Positions 43,301 to 52,300 of a DNA stretch of 64,000 bases are shown here, piece by piece. The stretch spans positions 49,228,001-49,292,000 of the forward strand of contig CAIIXF020000001.1 of NCBI GenBank assembly GCA_903813345.2. The letters are read 5' to 3'. Numbering within the stretch: the first letter of the stretch is position 1; each line of letters starts with the position of its first letter. The notes beneath the pieces were generated by a model, which had not been told where the DNA came from, searched no databases, and saw nothing but the letters and a program-made list of their open reading frames with translations. Source of the stretch: Owenia fusiformis. Taxonomy: Eukaryota. The translations under genes were made by a program, and so were the position numbers.

Positions 43301-46300
43301 TGGAAGGCTGTGAACTCTCCCATGGGGAATAATTGATATTCGTCACTTTTCAAAGCTAGAACAGATAAGTATGGATTCCTGAAACCAATTCAAACCTGCA
43401 TTTTTGGAATCACTGAAACGTTGGCCTTATTACTTTCCTTTTTAAGACTTGCAATTTCTGAAGTGCTAAAGGCAGTTATTCACCGATTCAGAAAAATCAT
43501 GATGCAACTAAACTGTTATACCAAAGTTGTATACCAAAAGCAATCGGGAATTTATCAAACTAATACAAATTACCCCACTTGCTGAGCGAAAGAGAACAAA
43601 ACGTAAACTTAAAATACAACCTTTCCGCCGCCATGTTGGAAAGTATTGTGAATGTAACAATATCGTTAACTGTTACCCCGTTGAGATAAGTACACGCAAA
43701 ACATATAATATACAGAAAATGGAGGAACGCATGAGCATTTGAGTTATAAAAGAGGGCGTAAATACAGAAGCAGACCTAAAGCTAGATAATTGTGTGTTGT
43801 GTCTAGAAGTCTAATAAACATCAATAATTCAAATCAAATTATCTGCAATTCATTTGGAATCGTGTAAGAATATAAGAAGGTTATCTTGGGAGGAAATTAT
43901 AAGCTCGCATCTTGCAGAGAATTTTCTTCAATGGACGTGAAATAGGCAATATGTTGCTACAGCTGCTTTACATAGCAATGGACATCGAACTTAACACGCT
44001 CAAACAGATGAGCTAGATATTTTTCAAATGTCCTTAACTCAAATCGGGGATGAGAGAGGATCCCTCAAAGTGGCACCATGTGTGCGTTTGACATGAAAAT
44101 ACGAGCCAACCTCTTTACAAACTAAACAGATGAGTTAGATATTTTTCAAATGTCCTTAACTCAAATTGGGGATGAGAGAGGGTCCCTCAAAGTGGCACCA
44201 TATGTGCGTTTGACATGAAAATACGAGCCAACCAATTTACACGCTAAACAGATGAGCTAGATACCTTTCAAATGTCCTTAACTCAAATCGGGGATGAGAG
44301 AGGATCCTTCAAAGTGGCACCATATCTGCGTTTGACATGAAAATACGAGCCAACCTCTTTACACGCTAAACAGATGAGTTAGATATTTTTCAAATGTCCT
44401 TAACTCAAATCGGGGATGAGAGAGGATCCCTCAAAGTGGCACCATATCTGCGTTTGACATGAAAATACGAGCCAACCTCTTTACACGCTAAACAGATGAG
44501 TTAGATATCTTCCAAATGTCCTTAACTCAAATTGGGGATGAGAGAGGGTCCCTCAAAGTGACACCATATGTGCGTTTGACATGAAAATACGAGCCGACCT
44601 CTTTACACGCTAAAACAGATGAGGTAGATACCTTTCAAATGTCCTTAACTTAAATTGGTGGCACCATATGTGCGTTTGACATGAAAATACGAGCCAACCA
44701 CTTTACACGCTAAACAGATGAGTTATATATTTTTCAAATGTCCTTAACTCAAATCGGGGATGAGAGAGGATCCCTCAAAGTGGCGCCATATCTGCGTTTG
44801 ACATGAAAATACGAGCCAACCTCTTTACACGCGCTAAACAGATGAGTTAGATATCTTTCAAATGTCCTTAACTCAAATTGGGGATGAGAGAGGATCCCTC
44901 AAAGTGGCACCATATCTGCGTTTGACATGAAAATACGAGCCAACCACTTTACACGCTAAACAGATGAGCTAGATATCTTTCAAATGTCCTTAACTCAAAT
45001 TGGGGATGAGAGAGGATCCCTCAAAGTGGCACCATATCTGCGTTTGACATGAAAATACGAGCCAACCACTTTACACGCTAAACAGATGAGCTAGATACCT
45101 TTCAAATGTTCTTCACTCAAATTGGTGGCTCCATATGTGCGTTTGACATGATAATACGAGCCAACCTCTTTACACGCTAAAACAGATGAGCTAGATATCT
45201 TTCAAATGTCCTTAAATCAAATTGGTGGCATCAGCTATGCGTGTGGATGAGAGAGGACCCCTCAAAGTGGCATCATATGTGCGTTTGACATGATAATACG
45301 AGCCGACCTCTTTTCACGCTAAAACAGATGAGATAGATACCATGTCCTTAGCTCAAATTGGTGGCACCATATGTGCGTTTGACATGATAATACGAGCCGA
45401 GCTCTTTACACGCTAAAACAGATGAGCTAGATATCTTTCAAATGTCCTTAAATCAAATTGGTGGCATCAGCTATACGTGGACGAGAGAGGGTCCCTCAAA
45501 GTGGCACCATATGTGCGTTTGACATGATAATACGGGCCGAGCTCTTTACACGCTAAAACAGATGAGCTATTTCAAATGTCCTTAAATCAATTCGGTGGCA
45601 TCAGCTATTCGTGTGGATGAGAGGGAACCACTTAAAGGTGGCACCAAATGTGCGTTTGACATGATAATACGATCCGAGCTCATCAAGCCGTTTACGACGA
45701 ACAACCTGAAATAAACATGTCTGAGTTGATCTATGTGTATCCCTACTTAACCAACACTGAGCCGTGTCACGTAAATTAATATTGTCATGAAAATCCAACA
45801 CTGAATGCTCAAAGTGTTCAGTAATTCATTTAGAGATGCATTCTATCAGATTATGGTTAAAAATCAATGCATACTTTTAGCTTGATTGGCAGAAAAATCA
45901 TTTCGAGTTCTAGTTATCTACAGCAAAATAAATCTTCCAGCGCGAACCGTTAAATATCAGCTACAGATTCAATTCATTCTTTTTTAGTTATCATCTTGAC
46001 GTTCAGATTGGGTGTACTTTAGTACAGTACTTTGCAATTTGAGATTTATATTGCTGATTTTATCCTGGATCTTATATCTCCATTTGTAGGCTATAGCTGT
46101 GTATATGATTCTTTAAAGTTTTTCATCCAAATTTTTTTGAGAGTTGAGATAATATGTCATCAAAATGGAGGTAATGGCCCTTTTTCCATATACCTTTGAA
46201 ATCTCGTTAAAGTCTCGTTTTGAATGTGATTTTAGGAGATCTGCATTTTTAACCATTAAAGACTAAAATTTTCTTCTATTTGATGGCATATTTGAATTTT

Positions 46301-49300
46301 CTGAATACCTTTCTATCAAAACAACTTTGATTTGCACTGTTATTTACCTTTATTCAAATTCTAATGATTTTCTAGTTGTCTAAAAAAGGTCGGGCTAAAT
46401 CCCCATTGATACAATGCTGAAAAACCTTTAAAAGTTCATTTACTCTTACAAGGATCACAATTTTAATGTGAAATCACAATCCACATGTAAATAAGCATAC
46501 ACTTACATTCCAATGGGGTTTTAAGTTGATACAAATGTAATTACTTCTTAAATCAATAAATTAAGTGACCCTGGCAATACATTTACATGTATTCAAGCCC
46601 TACCATAGCCCTACCAATACCCATAATGCCATTTATTTTCCATCTATATGGGAAAAGGTCAACTGATGATTAAATAAAGCCTTGACGGCGACTGTGTACG
46701 GTCTAACATTTCTGCGGTCAGTAATAATTTCTACGGTCGCCTTAGAATTTCTGCGGTCAGATAATTTAGCAGTCATCTGCTACGACAGTCGTAAGGCGTA
46801 TTTTGATTTTGAGAAGACTTTAAAATTGCACGTTGCCGTGCGGCTGATAAATGATGACACACGGTCAGCGTAGGGCGGCCCTACGGCGGGTGTAATTTTT
46901 CTCGACAAAGGCCAAGGCAGCGGGAGGGAGCTCTTATGGCGACCCTATGGCCCTCAAATGTCAATTGCAACCCATAAAATCCAAGAGAAGCCCAAATCGA
47001 CTCTACGACCGACGTCCAGCCATCGTGGAACCTTTCTGCGGTCTGGCTACAGCCCATTAATTTCTACGATGGCCGCAGAAATGAAACAAGTTATAACTCC
47101 AAGTTATAATTTCTACAGCGAGCCTATAATGGCCTGTAAAAAGCTTTTTTTATTTGCATTAAATTAAATTGGGGCTTTAGGATGCAGATTTTTTAAGATT
47201 GAAATAGGGGACGTCCATTTTTCCAAATTACTGAAGGATGACCTTAAAATTAAAGCAAAATTATATGATATAAAGTTTGATAAACTGTCGAATATTAATA
47301 AAGATCAATTCGTCTATGGTATGGTGTTTTACCCCTTTAATTATTGATACAATTTGTATGTTTCTTGGTGTTTTCGCTATGTTGAGTGTTCCTCTTCTAC
47401 TTTATGTTTCGCATACTATCTTTAAATATACTCATACAACGCTATGTTAATTACTTATGTCAAAATAAGAGTACGTCAGACATGATTATCAAGAAAGAGC
47501 GTATACTCGGAGAATGTTTGGAGATATTGAAACCGTTGTCCTGTACCATTTCCAAGGACTTGCCATTTCTAAATGGTACCCTTGTGCTCGGGATGCTACA
47601 ATAACATTTATATAACTAATAATCAACTATGACTAGGCCCTATTAGAACATTTTAAAGTTCAGTCCCTACTCGTGTACCATATTAGATTCCAGATAGTAG
47701 TAATAAATAAACTTTGTTTTTCGTTTTAGTTAGAGAACTCATACATAACGCTGCATTCTTCAAAATATTTAAACGATTTTTGATCAGTATAAACTTTTGG
47801 TATTGCAAAATTAATAGGTCCTTAAAGACGCCGTATTGTTCCATTCAATCCGCTCATTTTCTCTGACTTAAGCAATTAGGATAGCATTTCAAAGTTCTCT
47901 TGTAATCCATAACAATGTTTTAAACTACTCAACAGGGATTTACTGAGGCATTTAAGAGTGACAAATAGACTCCAAAATCGTCATTCATCATTCACAAACG
48001 GTGTATATATACAGTAAAAAGTATCATGCAATAATATCATATTGTTGTAGGCCGAATCTCGTGCACCTGAAAAGTTTTGAAACAAAAAGATAGAGAGAGC
48101 ATGGTATTAAAAAAATATTCGGAAATCATTCAAAATCATAATGAAATTACATGCACAAACACATATTCTTAGATGGCTAAGCAAATATATTATATTCCAG
48201 CCGATATTTCCCAACAGATGAACTGTTATTTGGGCATAGGTCCAAATTTAATTAGCATGATGTCCTAATACTGGATGTTTTCAACAAATTTTAACGAGCC
48301 AAAAACACCGGGGTAAAGCAGACCCGATGATGCAATGAGCTTGCTCGGCGGTATCATGACTGTGTAACGGGTCTTAATGTATAAGTGTGCTCGGCGGTAG
48401 GTTCAAATAACGCAGATCCTCAAAGCATGTGCTCATGGTATATTTAAGAAATATAGACCAAAGAGCAGGGTTACTAGTTTCGAATAACACCCCGCTGGTC
48501 TCGGCACAAACGTTTTCTGTACCCCGAACGACCGAAGGGAGTTATTCGAAACTAGTAACCCTGCTCTGAGGTCTATATTACGATTCGAACATGAAAACTC
48601 ACCAAATTGTTTCGAATATTCATCATGGTCCGCAATTACTACGACCCACCGTTATGACGTCACACATTACACGTATTAACTGGGTTATTGATCTCGAATA
48701 TATTTTTTATTTTATTTTATTTTATTTATTTATTACAGTGTCACCCGTAATTATACGGCCAGCCTCCAAAGGCTTATGAGACACAATTACAATCATATTA
48801 TAAGCAGATAAGTCAGAATTAACACTTACTTTAATCTATCTTTAGCCTCCAAAGACAAAAGCAAAAAATTTGAAACATATTTACAGAGTGATTTAGAATT
48901 CAATAAGTACATTGTTTTCTTTTCATTATCACAAGACTCAAATAGATCATCTATACCTTTTACTTTACAAAACATTTCCTCTCTTAATTTATGATTAACT
49001 TTACACTTGAATAAAAAATGAAACTCATCACCTATTTCATTCTTACATTGCCTACAATATCTCTCTTGACTTGGTATATTCTGCCACCTACCCGTTTCAA
49101 TCTCTAAAGGTAAAGTGCCAGATCGAAATTTAGCTAAAACAGATCTTTGTTTTCTACTCAAAAAATTACAAAATAAATATTCAGACCTTTGAAAAGATAA
49201 TTTAAAGCTCTTATAAAAAGTCAATTTTCTTTTTTCCCTAATTGTCTCCAACCATTGAGTTTCATGTAATTTCATTAATTTTCCTTTCATTTGATTCACA

Positions 49301-52300
49301 AATTTTTTAAAATCTTTACATTTTTTCATATCATCATACATATTCAGCATGTCAACACTTTTACATATGCTCTGGATTTCTTCGTTCCAGGTAAAATCAC
49401 ATTTCAATTTGGCTAAGCTTAAATCCCATCTAAATGCTTTCTTTGCCATATTGGCCTCTTCACAATTAACAACTAATCTATACAATAATCGAATACCTTC
49501 TATATAATGTCTTATATAATTTGGGGTCCATCCACACTCGCCTTCTAAAAAGCTGATAGGGCATTTTTTACTGACACCCAAGAAGGTCCTTATGGCATTA
49601 AATTGTATTTTATTGGTAAAACTATGAGTTTTTCTATGCAGACCCCAGATTCCAGATGCATAATCCATTACCGATGCGACTGTGCTGTGATATAATTTTG
49701 TGTAAATATCAAAGTGTAAACCTTTCAATTGTAGGTACTTTGACCTCATAGCTCCAAGCGCTTTACTTCCAGAATAACTTACTTTTTCAGCAGTTAAGGA
49801 AAAATCTAAGTTATATGTAATATCTATACCAAGATAGTGATACTTATCTGTTACATCAAGTGAAGATTTACCATATTTGAACTCTAAACTTTCAAAGTTT
49901 TCATATTTCTTCTTTGATACCACCATCACCTTGGTTTTATCAGTATTAATTTTCAACTTCCAAGTATTTGACCAACGATATAATGTATCTATCTGTTTTT
50001 GCAAACCATCTTTACTACTCCACTGGTGATCCACTCGATTACGCTGGTTACCAAAACGAACCGTTTTGGTAACAAAATGTCGGAACATCCGGAAGGTACG
50101 ATTTTTCTCGTTTCCTTATTTTACACTTGTAGGCAGAATTCCCACGACATTTTTTAACACAAACGTGTATCAGTATCATATGTTTAAGAAAGTGTACATA
50201 TTTGCGAACAAATAGTTCAGTAGACAAAAGAATCGTCGATTTACTTCCTCACTTAAGTTACATAAACGGTTTGGGTTAAAAGTGCAGATCTTAACTGTTT
50301 TTCGAAAAACCGTTTATGTAACTTAAGTGAGGAAGTAAATCGACGATTCTGTTGTCCTCTGAGCTATTTTTTCGCAAACATGTACATTTTCTAAAACATA
50401 TGATACTGATGCACGTTGTGAGAAAAAACGTCGTGGGGATTCTGCCTACAACGCGTGAAATAAAGAAAAAAGAAAAATCGTGCCTTCGACGTTCCGACAT
50501 TTTGTTACCAAAACGGTTCGTTTTGGTAACCAGCGTAATCGAGTGGATCACCAGTGTACTCGATATCAAAACAACATCGTCTGCATACATTAACAAGCTT
50601 AACATGCCTTCATTACCCATGTGTACACCACATTTTAGGTTGTTAATACTTTCACTTAAATCATCGATATAGATAGAAAATAGGGTCGATGAAAAGAATT
50701 TCATCCTGCTTGCAGCGAGAAGACGGACCGGTTCGGGGCAATCTGCCTGCAACGAGAAGACGGACCGGTTCGGGGCAATAGCTGATGAAATTCTTTGTCA
50801 CAAAGTTTGGCATTTTTTATAAAATCAAACGCGCGTCATTGAAACTCACAAGATGTAAAAAGCATGTCATTTACATCATACCTTGATGGGGAAAAATAGA
50901 TCTTATATGTTCGAAGTACTAAATAAAAGTTATCGTGAAAATGAGACAGTCGTTCTCCAGAGAAAAGAGCATAAATGCGCATTTAGAGAGTTTTGGTCCG
51001 TTTAAAAATCTGTAAAAAATTGGGGTACTTAAAAGCATCGGGAGGCATCATATATTTCAAATTAGACACGAGGAAGTCAATATTGAGCAAGTTATGGCTA
51101 TTTTAAATTCAAATAAAACCGTTAACCCGTACCGGTCCAGCTTTTGACCCGTACCGGTCAATTTTCGTTAGCTGCGTATACCAAGGGTGCAGCTGAAGCA
51201 TTGACTTTGTTTACAGTTTATAGAAGGCGTGAATACAGCCATGTTCGAATCGTGTTTTAACACCCGTGAAAAACGAAACAAGGAAGTGTTAACCCTGATA
51301 ACTGTAAACGTTTACAGACACTTACAGTGTACATATAAGCAGACACAATCAAGCGATCGTATGCACTCGACCAACCAAATCAATAGATTGATTGATGGCA
51401 TTGAAATTGAATCGGAAAAAATTCATTTCGGTCGTCACTGTAGTACGTCATAAATATTTCGTTATTAACTGAAAAAACCCATTTACAACAATAAGTGATC
51501 TAATCTATTGTATAGAGCAAAGCTGGTTAAAAAATTTTAAAAGACAATATCTTAATCTAGACATAGTAGTTTGGGTTCTTAAAATCTTCTTTTCCTTTCT
51601 GTGATTACTGCCACATAACATCTTTAATTCTTGTGATGCTACAGTGCTTATTCAATTTTCTCCAACACTATCCTCCAAAGATCGTGTCTAGTGACTACCT
51701 TTAAAGGTGCAACAATGAGTGCAGAGGGGCCTTTCAACAATCATGGACCAGTGTCAAAATATATTTCAGTTCGGTTATTTCTTCAAGACTAACATATATA
51801 TTTTATTATTATCAAAGAATCCCCTTGGGTGAACATTATTTCAGCTGAAATTCCTCTTGAAACATGGTGAATCTTAAAAATCTACTAAGTGGGACTCCCT
51901 CTCTAGAAGCTTTGAACTGGATTTACACTTCTTAATGCTGAAATTGATAGTTTGTACATACATTTTAAGAAAAAAGCTATGTCAAAGAAGATGTTTAGCC
52001 AAATGTTGCCCTGATAGCTCAGAAAAAGTAAAAAAATTCGAATTTTCTCTCTACAGGCCTTGTTGCCCCTTTAATCAGCTTTCCTTTATACAACCTTTAC
52101 AATGCAAATGCACCGTCAGCATTATTAACAGCGATCCTTTTTCAGCAAAAATTAATGATGTGATTTAGGTCTGTAGATGCATGACCAGCTGCCTGCCTCG
52201 TCCAGATACCCAGAGGGACAGACTCGCATACAAATACATTATTGTAAATACAGCTAGGTACTTGGCAGACATGTTTTTACGTAGCTCAAAAGAGTCAACA

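Noticed and set aside
43995..45690. CRISPR-like or hammerhead-ribozyme interpretation of the 122-bp array
   Set aside because: There are no unique spacers and no cas genes. CAGATGAG...CTCAAAT only loosely resembles the CUGANGA...GAAA core and lacks required nucleotides.
50291..50752. 153-aa ORF and the N-terminus of the 420-aa ORF as independent genes
   Set aside because: Both are chimeric read-throughs between MITE sequence and the interrupted LINE RT.
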